From contig CAWJIW010000025.1 of NCBI GenBank assembly GCA_963843005.1, positions 6,157-70,156 of the forward strand: 64,000 nt of DNA, in the 5' to 3' direction. The notes beneath the pieces were generated by a model that saw nothing but the letters and a program-made list of their open reading frames with translations, had not been told where the DNA came from and ran no database searches. The position numbers and the translations under genes are program-made. How positions within the stretch are numbered: position 1 is the stretch's first letter; each line of letters opens with the position of its first letter. Shown one piece after another: positions 47,477 to 59,377 of this stretch. The DNA is from an uncultured Acidobacteriaceae bacterium. Its GTDB lineage: Bacteria > Acidobacteriota > Terriglobia > Terriglobales > Acidobacteriaceae.

Positions 47477-47518
47477 TCCCACCCTTTCGCCAAGGGCGGG
47501 CGAAAGGATGGGGCACGC
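47477..47518. repeat. Family B palindromic element
   Basis: tcccaccctttcgccaagggcgggcgaaaggatggggcacgc. Confidence 0.6.
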
Positions 47519-47599
47519 ATTATAAAAGGGCGCCCCTTTCGCAGTAGGTTATGGTTGCTGTGCTGAGCAGTAAACCAAGCCTGACGAAAGGAACACCCG

Positions 47600-48667
47600 A
47601 TGGATAGCATCAAGTATATCGGTCTGGATGTCCACCAGAGCACCATCTCGGTAGCGGTGCTGGATAGCAACGGGAAGCTGGTGATGCAGTCGGTGATCGC
47701 CACTCATGCCGCCACCATTCTGGATTTTGTTCAGGGACTGCGTGGAACATTAAACATCACCTTTGAAGAAGGCACGCACTCGGCCTGGCTGTACGATCTG
47801 CTGGTGCGGCGCGTGGCCAAGCTGGTGGTTTGCAATCCCCGCAAGAACGCCCTGCTGAAGGCAGGCAACAAGAGCGACACCGTGGACGCTCGCAAGCTGG
47901 CCGACTTGCTGCGCGCCGGGCTGTTGTCGCCGGTCTACCATGGCCAGAACAGCACGGCGGCGGTGAAGCATCTGGGACGCAGCTACGCCGCGCTCACCGA
48001 AGACACGACCCGCATCATGGGCCGACTGAAAGCGCTCTACCGCAGCCAGGCCATTGCCTGTGCCGGCAAGAAGCCGTACGGCCAACGTCATCGGGAAGAA
48101 TGGTTAGCGCAGTTAAGCGAGAGCGGGTTGCAGCGCCGCGCCCGGCGACTCTACCAGCAACTCGATCTCGTGCAGCAACTGCGTCGCGAAGCCCGTCACG
48201 ATCTGATTCTGGAATGTCGCCAGCATAGCGAGACCAAGTTGCTACGCACGGTTCCGTGGCTGGGTCCGATACGCACCGCCTTGCTGATCGGGCGGGTGCA
48301 GACGCCACATCGCTTCCGCAGCAAGCGGCAGTTCTGGGCCTACTGCGGTCTGGCTCTGGAGACGCGCAGCAGCGCCGACTATCAGATGGTGAACGGTCAA
48401 CTGGAGCGCCGCAAAAAGCCGGTGTTCATTCGCGGACTGAACCTGAACCACAACCACGATCTGAAGAACCTGTTTAAGAGCGCGGCTACCACCGCCAGTG
48501 GCAGCCACGGGCCGTTTCGTCCGTTCTACGAAAACCTTCTGGGGAAGGGGATGAAGCCCGAGCTGGCCCGGCTAACTTTGGCGCGCAAGATCGCCGCCAT
48601 CACTTTGCATGTTTGGAAAAAAGGAGAACCGTTCGACGCCGAATATCTGAAGCCACAAGCCGCTTGA
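47600..48667 (+). CDS. IS110-family transposase/recombinase (second, unrelated copy)
   Basis: IGLDVHQSTISVAV, EEGTHSAW, KSDTVDARKLA. C-terminal VPWLGPIRTALLIGRVQTPHRFRSKRQFWAYCGLALETRSS. Confidence 0.9.
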   Translation: MDSIKYIGLDVHQSTISVAVLDSNGKLVMQSVIATHAATILDFVQGLRGTLNITFEEGTHSAWLYDLLVRRVAKLVVCNPRKNALLKAGNKSDTVDARKLADLLRAGLLSPVYHGQNSTAAVKHLGRSYAALTEDTTRIMGRLKALYRSQAIACAGKKPYGQRHREEWLAQLSESGLQRRARRLYQQLDLVQQLRREARHDLILECRQHSETKLLRTVPWLGPIRTALLIGRVQTPHRFRSKRQFWAYCGLALETRSSADYQMVNGQLERRKKPVFIRGLNLNHNHDLKNLFKSAATTASGSHGPFRPFYENLLGKGMKPELARLTLARKIAAITLHVWKKGEPFDAEYLKPQAA

Positions 48668-48979
48668 GCGCGCAGGTCCAAAAGACCATTCCGGAGTCAT
48701 GTCCGCGATTGTCCGCAGGTTCTGAGCGCTCGGGTTCGAGGGTAAGTATCCTGGCCGGGTTAGGCTGTGTGCGCCGCCGGCGCCAAGTCTCACGGGGCAC
48801 CATATGCTCCCTCGGACAACCCAACAAAGCCATAGTGCCGCGCTTCGGCGCGAGTCTCAGATAGAACCATGGTTGGCATAATCGCCGCCGCCACGCTTGT
48901 GTAGCTTCAGCCCGAACGACGTTGTAGCGTGGACCTGAAAACGACTAGCGAACTGCGGATCTCCGCCACCAGCAGGAGG

Positions 48980-49053
48980 AAAGGGGCTGGATGTCAGAGA
49001 ACTACCTCTCTTTCCAGCAAAGGGAGAAGTGTTTTCTCTTGACATCCCCTTTT
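48980..49053 (+). other. Long imperfect hairpin in the non-coding tract 3' of the second IS110 gene
   Basis: aaaggggctggatgtcagagaa ... ttctcttgacatcccctttt, with a further inner pairing. Confidence 0.4.
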
Positions 49054-49506
49054 ATAGAACCCGCGAAGGACACCCGCCAAGGGCGAATTTTCTGTCAAGC
49101 AAATAATCATCTTTCTCGTGGTTACTTTCGTAAGTGCGGAGGTCGCATTTCGATTGCGGAACCAAGGCCCGCTGTGCACACTGATTGTGTTGGGACAAGC
49201 CCAAATGGCTGCGCTCATCTTCATCCAGGTAGGGGCGGCGGGGCCGGGTTCTTTGACAAATAGCCGTCAGCCATCGGCTATCAGCCGTCGGTTCCGCTTT
49301 TCGCCTTTCGCTGCCGAGTGCCATTAGCGGTGGAATCCCGCTTGAGGGCAGGTACGTCCCAACCCGTTCTTTGAAGCTAAGTCCATATTCTTGAAGATTT
49401 TAGCTATAACTTACGCTGGCTCAATATTTTGCCGGAAATTTCTTTGTAAACCGTTGATTCCAAAGAATAATGAAAAGGGGGGAGGGGGGTACCGGAGGGC
49501 AGTGGA

Positions 49507-49530
49507 CAGTTATCAGTTGTCAGTTGCCAG
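49507..49530. repeat. Heptamer array (CAGTTRY)n
   Basis: cagttatcagttgtcagttgccag, 12 nt from the GT2 stop. Confidence 0.65.
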
Positions 49531-49541
49531 GTGAGAAGCGC

Positions 49542-50330
<789 letters not shown>

Positions 50331-51618
50331 GGCTTCGGAAACCAAATACACTCCCAGGATCAGCAGCTCCGGATCAATGGGATGCCGGTAGCGCGGTTGC
50401 GGAAAGGTTATATAGTAGACCAGCCGGATAGATGACGACCAGGCTGGCAAACAGGAACACGCCGTGAATCCGGCGCTTGATGGCCAGCAGAGTCCCCCAG
50501 CGCCAGCACCGACGAGGCGAGATAGAGCGGTTCTTGGTCTCCGACAATCCCGCAATTTTGGAAAGTCGCGGCAGTCCCGCCCAGAAAAAAATGAAGCGGT
50601 TGCAAACTCACCGCCAGCGAATCGGCCGGGGTTTTCCGCGATCCATTCTTTCGCCAGGCGTCCCTGCTCGGCGCAGAATGCGGCTTCGCCCATCTGGGTG
50701 TACTTCGCCAATTGCAATGCATTCTGACTGGGATGGTAGGCCAGCACATATTGGCCGTCGGCCAGCGGATTGTTGCCGAGACGGAACTCCATGCCGAAGT
50801 TGTCGCGCACAAACACGGGCTTTCCCATGGCCTCGTAGTTGCGCACCAGCCACGGCATGAGCGTCATCCAGAAGACGATCGCGCTGAGCGCGGCGGGCGC
50901 CAGAAACGCGTTTTCCGCGGCGATGCAACTGATAGGCCAGCCAGCCTCCGGCGAAGGGCAGAAACGACAGCGCCGCTGGATTGCTGAGCGCCTCCACGCC
51001 CCACAGCAGGCCATAGCCGAACCACGACGAGAGCCGCTCGTCGCCTTCCATCTCCACCGTCAGCAGGAACAACAGGCTCAGCAGGAACGCCGACAGGCTG
51101 GTCTCCCAAATCCACTTCACCGACCAGAAGATGGTGTAGGGCAGCAGCGCCCAAATCCATCCCGACCAGACCGCAACCTTTTCGCTGAAGAGGAGCCGCG
51201 CGGTGCGATAGACGGTCCAACTGGTGAGCGCGGCGAACAGGCTGTTGAAGGTCAGCAGCGCAAATGCAGCCGCATGGGTGTAGCTGCCGAAAATGCGGAA
51301 CGCCAGCGCGACCACCCAGGGATAGACCGGCGACGTCCACGCCGAGGGGCCGGTGTCGCCGCCGAAGGGAGAGCCGAATCCGTGGCCGTTGGCCAGCGAG
51401 TAGGCGATGCGGCCAATCTCCCAGCCGAATCCGAAGTTGGCTTCGGTGGTGCGAAAGCGATAGGTGTGCGCCAGCGCGATCCACAAGACGCGCACCGCGA
51501 AGGCGACCAGCACCATCCATGCGGGAGAGTAGGCGATCCTGCTCCAGCGGGACTGCGGCGCAACGGTTGCTGTGCCTGGGATAGGCGCTGCCTGCGCCGG
51601 CTGGGTCTTTACATGCAT
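50331..51618 (-). pseudogene. ArnT/PMT-like (GT39/GT83-type) polytopic membrane glycosyltransferase; about six apparent frameshifts
   Basis: N-terminus in ORF 50608-51618 (many TM segments, ...YPWVVALAFRIFG...). Continuation in all three frames between 50400 and 50950 (FLAPAALSAIVFWMTLMPWLVRNY..., RFIFFWAGLPR, LLAIKRRIHGVFLFASLVVIYP, YYITFPQPRYRHPIDPELLIL). Confidence 0.6.
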
Positions 51619-51761
51619 GGAGCCAGTGGAAATTGTATCGCAGGGCGGTCATGCTGCGCGGAGTCGAAGAACCTGCCCGAGCGAAGCCGAAAGGACCGGC
51701 GTTGGTTTCCGCTGGCGTAACGCTCGGGCGCCTTGTCTTACTTTGTGTTAGTATGTAAGTC

Positions 51762-52007
51762 ATGAAGGAACTGAGTGCTACATTTACATCAAAAGGCCAA
51801 CTTGTGGTGCCAGCCGAACTGCGGCGCAAGCATGGGATTGCGGCCGGCACCCGCGTCAAGTTTCTCGAAGACCAGTTTGGCCGCATCGTCCTTCAGCCCG
51901 TCACCGAGGACTACGTGGACCGCGTCATGGGCTGCCTGGCTGAGGGCGCCGATCTGCTCGCCCACTGGGAAAAGGAACACCGTGAGGAAGGCGAGCGTGA
52001 ACGGTGA
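51762..52007 (+). CDS. vapB: AbrB/MazE/SpoVT-family antitoxin (VapB-type)
   Basis: SKGQLVVPAELRRKHGIAAGTRVKF. GTGA overlap with the downstream PIN gene. Confidence 0.8.
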   Translation: MKELSATFTSKGQLVVPAELRRKHGIAAGTRVKFLEDQFGRIVLQPVTEDYVDRVMGCLAEGADLLAHWEKEHREEGERER

Positions 52008-52414
52008 AAACCTATGTCTTCGATGCCAGCGCGCTGTTTGCCTTTCTGCAGCAGAAGCCCGGGGCGCGCAAGGTGAATGAGCTACTGAAGGAAGCGATCC
52101 GCGGACGCGCGGAAATCCTGATGTCAGCAGTGAACTACGGAGAGGTGTACGGCGGGTTGCTGCGCGAGCATGGGCCCGAGCGTGCGCGTGCGATCATGCA
52201 GGCCGTGCAGCCATTGTCCATCCGCTTGGTGGACGCCACGCCGCCAAGGACATTTCTGGCGGCCGAGGTGAAGTTCAAGTACAAACTCTATTACGTAGAC
52301 AGCTTTGCTGCGGCGCTGGCAATCGAACATAAGGCCACGCTGGTCACCAGCGATTCCGATTTCCGCCGCCTGGGTCACGGCTTCCCGACGCTGTGGTTGA
52401 AAGCCCAGCGGTAA
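52004..52414 (+). CDS. vapC: PIN-domain toxin VapC
   Basis: YVFDASAL..., ...DSFAAALAIEHKATLVTSDSDF. 136 aa. Confidence 0.85.
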   Translation: MKTYVFDASALFAFLQQKPGARKVNELLKEAIRGRAEILMSAVNYGEVYGGLLREHGPERARAIMQAVQPLSIRLVDATPPRTFLAAEVKFKYKLYYVDSFAAALAIEHKATLVTSDSDFRRLGHGFPTLWLKAQR

Positions 52415-52491
52415 GGAGTCGGGAGTTTCATAGCCCAGTATCACGTGGTTCTGACTTGCAAATCGCCAGACACGCGATTACGCTCAGCCGC

Positions 52492-53254
52492 ATGAAACTC
52501 TCCGTCAGACATATCGTGCTGTTCGCACTTTGTACCGTTGCCGCAATTGCGCTGGCACAGACGCCAGCCGCCCAGCAAGCTGCGGCCCCCAAGCTCAGCC
52601 CTCCGGTGGAGATGGCGCAGGAATCGCATCACCACCTCGTGCTTGTCGAACGCGTACGTGCGCGCGTATTACATCGACGTGCCGCCGCAGCAGTCCACGC
52701 TGATGCATCATCACAGCACCGATTACCTCGGCATCGCGCTGGGACACACCGAGATTGACAGCATCACGCCCGACGGCAAGATCAAGCACGTGGTCTTGGA
52801 AGACGGCGATGTCCGTTACACGCCGGCCGGTCTGACCCACGTAGCCACCGATCAGGCGGTGACCCCGTTCCGCAACGCGACCATTGAACTGCTGCAGAAC
52901 CAGGGTCACCCGGTATGCGTCCAGCATTGCGAGAATGATCCGCGGGCCCAAGACTGGCCGCCGCTGCCGGCGGGCATCACCGCCATCGGTTACGGCGACA
53001 CGTTTCGCATTTCCGCAACCACTCTGCCGGCGGGGCAGTCGGCCGCGCAGCTCTCGCCTTATCCCTACCTATTGGTAGCGCTCACGCCTTTGCATGTGAA
53101 GAACCTCCTGCACGCCAAGGGTGAACCGATCGCGGCCCAGAAGATTGGCGGCATGGTCTGGATCGAAGGCGGGCAGGCGCATCAGCCGATCGCGAATCTC
53201 GAAAATGCGGAAGCCCGCTGGGTGAGCATTGAGTTCAAGCCCAGCAAAGAGTGA
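52492..53254 (+). CDS. Secreted cupin-like protein (one apparent frameshift near 52645)
   Basis: Signal peptide MKLSVRHIVLFALCTVAAIALAQ in ORF 52393-52758. Body in ORF 52538-53254 with His-rich motif MHHHSTDYLGIALG and YTPAGLTHVA. Confidence 0.5.
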
Positions 53255-53481
53255 GCGGGCCATGGCTAAAAGGACGGAGCCAGCAGGGCTGGGGCCAGCC
53301 CAACATGAATTGGCCGGGTTTCTGAGGCTGCTCCAGGATTGGTGCATCCGGCTTGTACGGGTAGAGCAGGCCTTCAGGCCTGCGTACAGCGGGCAGAAGA
53401 GAAACTGCTTCAGCCGCTGAGGTCCGAGGGTGGAACTGCTCTCAGGCTCCTCGCGGCAAGGCAGACGCGGATCTCGAACAG

Positions 53482-53730
53482 CTAATCCAGCAGTCCCAGT
53501 AATTTCTTGGTGCGGTGGATGGTGCCGCGACCAACCTTAAGGGCCTTGGTCATCTGGCGTTCGGAGTAGCCCTTTTCGTAAAGGTCCAGGAACTTTTCAT
53601 CGAAGCTGCTGAGCCGCGGCTTGACCGGCTTGTCGCTGTCCCAGCGCGTGATCGGGAAGCCGCGATCCCGGGTGCGCTTCATGCCGCGCCGGATTGCTTC
53701 CGAGAGCGCCGCTTTCTTTTTTGCGCTCAT
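53482..53730 (-). CDS. Small helix-turn-helix protein
   Basis: 82 aa. C-terminal YSERQMTKALKVGRGTIHRTKKLL resembles a resolvase/sigma-70 region-4-type HTH. Confidence 0.5.
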   Translation of the reverse strand: MSAKKKAALSEAIRRGMKRTRDRGFPITRWDSDKPVKPRLSSFDEKFLDLYEKGYSERQMTKALKVGRGTIHRTKKLLGLLD

Positions 53731-54099
53731 TCTTGGTTTGACCCTCCGTGGTGGCGCTGCATCGAACTCGACAATTTTACTCCATCGCTGCGTGCAAGTC
53801 TTAGGGTATTTGTGTGCGGAGTCGGTGCAGTGAAGCGGATAGTAACCGTGAGGGTGGGCCGATGCGAGTCGCTGACTATTCTGGCAACACTGCGGAATGC
53901 GCCTAAAGCGGACCATATAGCATTATTGTGCTACGTCACAGGATGCCTGGTTCGCACCACTTCGGAACCCCTTAAGTGTCGAGTTTTCCTTGACAATTCG
54001 CAGTCTTGTAATTTAAACTTGCGCCGGTTTTTCTACATTTTGTCATGCGATTGGTGAGGATGTAATAGCACTAAGATGGGGTGAAAAGAGAGGTCGGTT

Positions 54100-55903
54100 A
54101 TGAAGGATGCTCCGTTGATTTCGGAGACTATGCCCTCTACCGTGGAGCGTGAGCCCCACACCGCGTCATCACCCGGCCGACGGAAGTTCATGGGTACAAT
54201 CGGCGGCGCAGCCGCTGCCGTAGCCGTGACGGCCGCCATTCCACTGGAACCTCTGTTCGAGGGAAAGCACGCTCAGGCCGAGGCTTCGGTCGTACCCTAC
54301 GGTTCTTCGGGTCGCACGTACGTCGCCTGGAAGTACCGCGATAACACAGCCGATGCCAATAAAATCGACGTTGGCCAGCTGCCGGACAACGGCGATCAGC
54401 AGCGATTCACCGACTTCAGCGGCAGCTGGAGCAAGTGCTCTGAAGCACGACGGCCTGGGCGTGCCCAATGCTGCCTCGTGGCAAAGCCTGGTATATGCCC
54501 TCCAGACCGGCCGGTTCCAGGACTTCGAAAACATCATTATCGGAACGCCGGGTGGGACAGGGCCCAACTCGAAGCTAAATGGCCCGCAGGGTGCCCTTGC
54601 CTTCGACCTGGAAGGGCCCGACTCCCATGCCACTAACTACATCCCACCCGCGCCGAGCGTCGCCAGCGCGCAGACAGCGGCCGAGCAGGTCGAGCACTAC
54701 TGGGGTGCCCTGCTGCGCGACGTGCACTTCACCGACTACCCGACAAGTTCGCTGGCGGCCCAGGCGGCGGCCGACATGAACAACCTGTCATTCGTCCAAA
54801 GCAGTAAGAATAAGGAGATCGCGTACCCGGTCACACCGCAGAATCTGTTCCGCGGGCAGTTCTTCCCGGGCGACGGTAACGTTCAGGGGCCGTACCTCTC
54901 GCAGTTCTTGATCCAGCCGACGTTTTTCGGCTGCCAGCCCCTCACCCAGCAGTACCAAAGGTTCCTCTCCATTAGCGAAGGCGGGGCCGACTACATGACC
55001 GCGGTCAGCGAGTACCAGAACATCCAAAACGGCATTCCCCCGACTGGCCATGTGGCCTTTGACCCAATATTCCGTTTCATCCGGCAGGGTCGAGACCTCG
55101 CCGCGTATACCCGCGTGGACGTGCTCCATCAAGCATACTTTGTCGCCTTCCTCGTGCTCGCAGGGATTGGCACACCGCTGAACCCGGGCAACCCCTACAT
55201 CGGCTCGCAGACGGAACGCGGCTTCGGCACCCTGGGCGGGCCAGACGCTGCAGGGACGATCCCTGAAATGGCTACGCGAGCCCTCAAAGCAGCCTGGTTC
55301 CACAAGTGGATCGTAAACCTGCGGATGCGGCCGGAGGAGTATGGGGCCCTGGTGCAGGCGAACCTCACCCACAGTCATCCATTTCCCCAGGCGGCAGGCG
55401 CGCTGAACCACGACGTTCTGAATTCAGCGGTTCTTCCTATCATCTACTCGCAGTATGGCAGCTACTTGCTGCCACAGGCGTTCCCGGAGGGTGCGCCGAC
55501 GCACCCCTGCTACCCGACGGGACATGGAACGGTCGGTGGTGCGTGCATCACCGCTCTGAAGTTCTTCTTTGACGGAAGCCAGAAGATCCGGCCGCTGCTG
55601 CAAGCCGCCGGATCGGACGTGTATGTGCCAAGCGCGGATGGCCTCTCGCTCGTCCCCTACACGGGCTCCGACCGAGACAATCTGACCATCAACGGAGAAC
55701 TGGCCAAGCTGGGGTTCAACATCTCGTTTGGTCACGGGATTCACGCCGGCATCCATTTCCGCAGTTCAAGCTAGCAGTCGCTGTTGCTGGGCGAGCAGGT
55801 TGCGCTCAGCATTCTGCAAGACCGGGCCAAGGGCTACAACGAGCCGTTCACGGTCAAGATCACGAAATTCGACGGCACCACGGCGACTATCTCCAACCAA
55901 TAA
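54100..55903 (+). pseudogene. Vanadium-haloperoxidase-like / PAP2-superfamily protein, copy 1 (frameshift near 54430 and in-frame TAG at 55772-55774)
   Basis: Tat-like signal RRKFMGTIGGAAAAVAV. EHYWGALLRDV, YPTGHGTVGGA, FGHGIHAGIHFRSS. After the TAG the same frame continues QSLLLGEQVALSILQDRAKGYNEPFTVKITKFDGTTATISNQ*, colinear with copy 2. Confidence 0.7.
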
Positions 55904-56020
55904 CTTCTGCCAGCGGGGCGGTCAGGTCCAGGCCGCCCCATAATGAAAATGGGGCCGGCCTTTCACATCGAAAGGCCGGCCCATCGTCGTGCTGCACGTA
56001 ACTGCGATGGAGGAGTTTTC

Positions 56021-57556
56021 TCAGTTCACCGTGAGCGCGACTTGCACCGAATGCTTGAGTGATCCGGAGCTACCCGTAACCACCAGGTCGGTGGTCCCAT
56101 TGTTTGTCATGTGATTAGTCATGCCTGAGCTGCACCCCGCTGCGATCAGCAGCAGCACGGCCACCAGCAACACCGAGCCAGTGATCGCCGCCCGTTTCAG
56201 CAGCTTCCGCCTGGACTTTGTATCCGCTGCAGGGGTTGCGAACACCAAGCCGAAGAGTCCGATTCCCGAGAACGGTAACCAGACCATCGCCGCGACCGGA
56301 GTATAGCCTTGCGCTACGGACAGAGTCAGGGCCGCCGTGGCCGCGGCGCCTCCCGGCGTAATCGTGTTGGACGAGAACGTGCAACTCACGCCTGACGGCG
56401 CAGAGCACGAGAGCGAGATCGGGCTGTTGAAGCCTCCCATGGGACTGGCACTCACGGTCAGGTTGACCGCGTTTCCGCGTCCTACGGTCACCGAGGTAGT
56501 CGAGACCGACAATGAGAAATCGCCGCTGCTAATAGCCTGTCCCGCTACCAGAGTGGCGAACAGTCCGTGGGTTTGATCGGCGCCTCCGGCGGTGAAGTAC
56601 AGAGTATTCGCGTCGCCCGAAGTCTGGCCAAACAGCAAGTCCCAGAGCCCCGGGTTCAGCAGGACGTGCCCACCGGAATCTTCCAGTTGGCCCAGAGCGT
56701 TGCCGGCCGTGTCGAAAGCGTTGATGGCGCCATCGCCGAAGTTGCCGACCAGGATCGCATTGGAGAACTGGCCGAAACTCGAGGGGGCCGCCGCAACTCC
56801 CCAGGGAGAGTTCAACGTCCCCGCGGACGCGAATCTCTTCACGAAGTTTCCGTTGACATCGAAAATGTCAACCACACCATTTCCGGCGCCGTTCACCGGG
56901 TCATGCTTGGGTCCGTCTTGCATCGCATAGGCCACATAGACCTGGTTGTTGATGACGTGCACTCCATGAGGGGCGAACCCGGCGGGCAGATTCGGGTCCG
57001 TAAAGCTGCCGGCCAGGGAGACGGACTTGAATGAGCGATCGAAAACGTCGATCTTTCCGCTGCGGAAATTCGCTGCCAGCAGAAAGTTGCCGGAGCCGTT
57101 GTTCAATAGGGCAAGACCTTTATACACGGCGCCCGCGGCCGAGTTATCGACCACCGTAGTAGCCGAGGTACCCTGACTCCAGGCGGCCAGGATGCCGTCT
57201 TCGCTATCGAACAGGAAGAGCGCGCCTCCGAAATCGGCGCCCGAGGAACTGGCCACGATCCCGGTTGGGCATCCCGGATTGCACCCATTCACCGAGGCCG
57301 AGGGTATCTGCACTACGAGCGAGTTCTTGTTGCCACTGGCATCGTAGAGCGTGGACGTGCCGCCATTATTGTTGGCAATCCAGAACGGCTGTCCGGGCAA
57401 CAGAGCGATGCCCCAGGGGTTCGTCAGTTGAGCATCTGTGTGAGCGGCGATTCCCGCCGTATTGGCTACGAGGTTGGTTTGTTGATAGCCGGTTTGCTGG
57501 GCTTCGGCGAAGCTGGCAATCAGGCCAAGGATGAGCGTCAGTAGAACCTTTTTCAT
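56021..57556 (-). CDS. Secreted beta-propeller-like protein resembling the TIGR03118 family, with C-terminal Ig-like module and TM segments
   Basis: Signal peptide then YQQTNLVANTAGIAAHTDAQLTNPWGIALLPGQPFWIANNNGGTSTLY. Start taken at MKKVLLTL. Confidence 0.5.
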   Translation of the reverse strand: MKKVLLTLILGLIASFAEAQQTGYQQTNLVANTAGIAAHTDAQLTNPWGIALLPGQPFWIANNNGGTSTLYDASGNKNSLVVQIPSASVNGCNPGCPTGIVASSSGADFGGALFLFDSEDGILAAWSQGTSATTVVDNSAAGAVYKGLALLNNGSGNFLLAANFRSGKIDVFDRSFKSVSLAGSFTDPNLPAGFAPHGVHVINNQVYVAYAMQDGPKHDPVNGAGNGVVDIFDVNGNFVKRFASAGTLNSPWGVAAAPSSFGQFSNAILVGNFGDGAINAFDTAGNALGQLEDSGGHVLLNPGLWDLLFGQTSGDANTLYFTAGGADQTHGLFATLVAGQAISSGDFSLSVSTTSVTVGRGNAVNLTVSASPMGGFNSPISLSCSAPSGVSCTFSSNTITPGGAAATAALTLSVAQGYTPVAAMVWLPFSGIGLFGLVFATPAADTKSRRKLLKRAAITGSVLLVAVLLLIAAGCSSGMTNHMTNNGTTDLVVTGSSGSLKHSVQVALTVN

Positions 57557-57788
57557 TTTGCGCCTCCGATCTTCGGGATCTACTCGAATAGACGCAATTG
57601 CGAGGCTTTCCCGCGTGAACAAGATGTCGATTGTTTGTCACAAGCGAAGACACATGTTCACTTCGACTTTTGCGCCAAGGATGCGGGCTTGAACCCAGCG
57701 GCAATCCGGCCTAGACTCGGCATATTGGCAAACTGTGATGCCCATCACAGCCCGCTGGTATAGCCATCGGTGAAGATAGTGGGGAAAC

Positions 57789-57831
57789 GCAGACCCCTCC
57801 ACTCGGACTACAGTCCTCGGTCGGGATGACA
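57789..57831. repeat. Family C half copy (reverse)
   Basis: Reverse complement tgtcatcccgaccgaggactgtagtccgagtggaggggtctgc matches 15431-15473. Confidence 0.6.
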
Positions 57832-57849
57832 GTAAGAAGAAGGTATTGC

Positions 57850-58458
<609 letters not shown>

Positions 58459-58469
58459 AGGAGTCCTGC

Positions 58470-58955
58470 ATGTCCGAAGTTGCCTACACTTCCAACGTGC
58501 GCATCGAGCGCATTAAGGGCCCGCTGCGCCGGGCGTATCTACCGGGAGAACCACAGCCCGTGATGTTCAGCGTCCACGGCGGTATTGCCAAACATTACGG
58601 CATTGACGAAAGCCGGCTGCCTGAGCCGCACGCGGCCACCATCGACTACGTGATTGCGGCGCTGGGCGGTTGAATGCTCGGCACCTTTGCCGGCGCGCTG
58701 GATGCGCGCAAAATCAACGCCAAAGATGGCCGCCTCAGCTGCGATGTCCGTGGTGAAGTGGAAGACGACGGCGGCGTGCTGGTCATCCGGCGGGTGCATG
58801 TGACCCACCATCTGCAAGCTGAAGATCCGGCCGCGGTGCGCGATACGGTGGAACGCGTACATGGTGTCTACGCGCAACGCTGCCCGGTGTATCGCTCGCT
58901 CAGCCCGGCCTTCCAGATCACCTCCAGTGTGGAGATCGTGAGCGACGCGCAATAA
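58470..58955 (+). CDS. OsmC-family peroxiredoxin-like protein interrupted by in-frame TGA (58671-58673) at the conserved first Cys position
   Basis: Track ORFs 58470-58673 and 58674-58955 are contiguous and in frame: ...DYVIAALGG-TGA-MLGTFAGALDARKI...YAQRCPVYRSL. Confidence 0.75.
58686..58712 (+). promoter_or_regulatory. Candidate bacterial SECIS-like hairpin
   Basis: UUU-(GCCG bulge)-GCGCGC-UGGAU-GCGCGC-AAA. The apical loop, containing GG, starts 28 nt after the U of UGA. Confidence 0.3.
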
Positions 58956-59091
58956 AGCAAAAATAGTTCGCCGGAATCCGTCGATGGGTATATAGTGTGG
59001 GGCTGTTGAGAGCTTAAGACGGCATTCCGGCTGAGTGCTATTGCTTGCGGTAGTGCTTGTCCGGGCAAGACTAGCCTGCAAGGAGGGCTGC

Positions 59092-59235
59092 ATGTTCTTC
59101 CTCGAGCGCCTTCTCCATATCTCGCCAGACAACGGAAACGGGCTCACCGAGATGGCTATCCTGGCAGTGGTTGTTGCGGGATGGCTGCTGTCCCACGCAG
59201 TAGGACGGTTCGCCAGGCGCCGCCTCGCGGGCTAG
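59092..59235 (+). CDS. Small hypothetical membrane protein (47 aa)
   Basis: AAGGAGGG RBS. MFFLERLLHISPDNGNGLTEMAILAVVVAGWLL. Confidence 0.5.
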   Translation: MFFLERLLHISPDNGNGLTEMAILAVVVAGWLLSHAVGRFARRRLAG

Positions 59236-59377
59236 CGCGCCAGTTGCGGGTGCAATGGAACGGGTCAAAGCCGATCGCTTTCCAGGTCGCGTCCGGGATC
59301 GGCATAGCAATCTCAAGGCCCGCTCCGCACCGCCTCGATTTTTCGCCACGCGCGACCAATAAGGAAGGGAGGAACCC

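Noticed and set aside
58539-59147. 202-aa minus-strand ORF overlapping the OsmC-family gene.
   Set aside because: It is antisense to a frame with clear OsmC motifs and has no recognisable features of its own.
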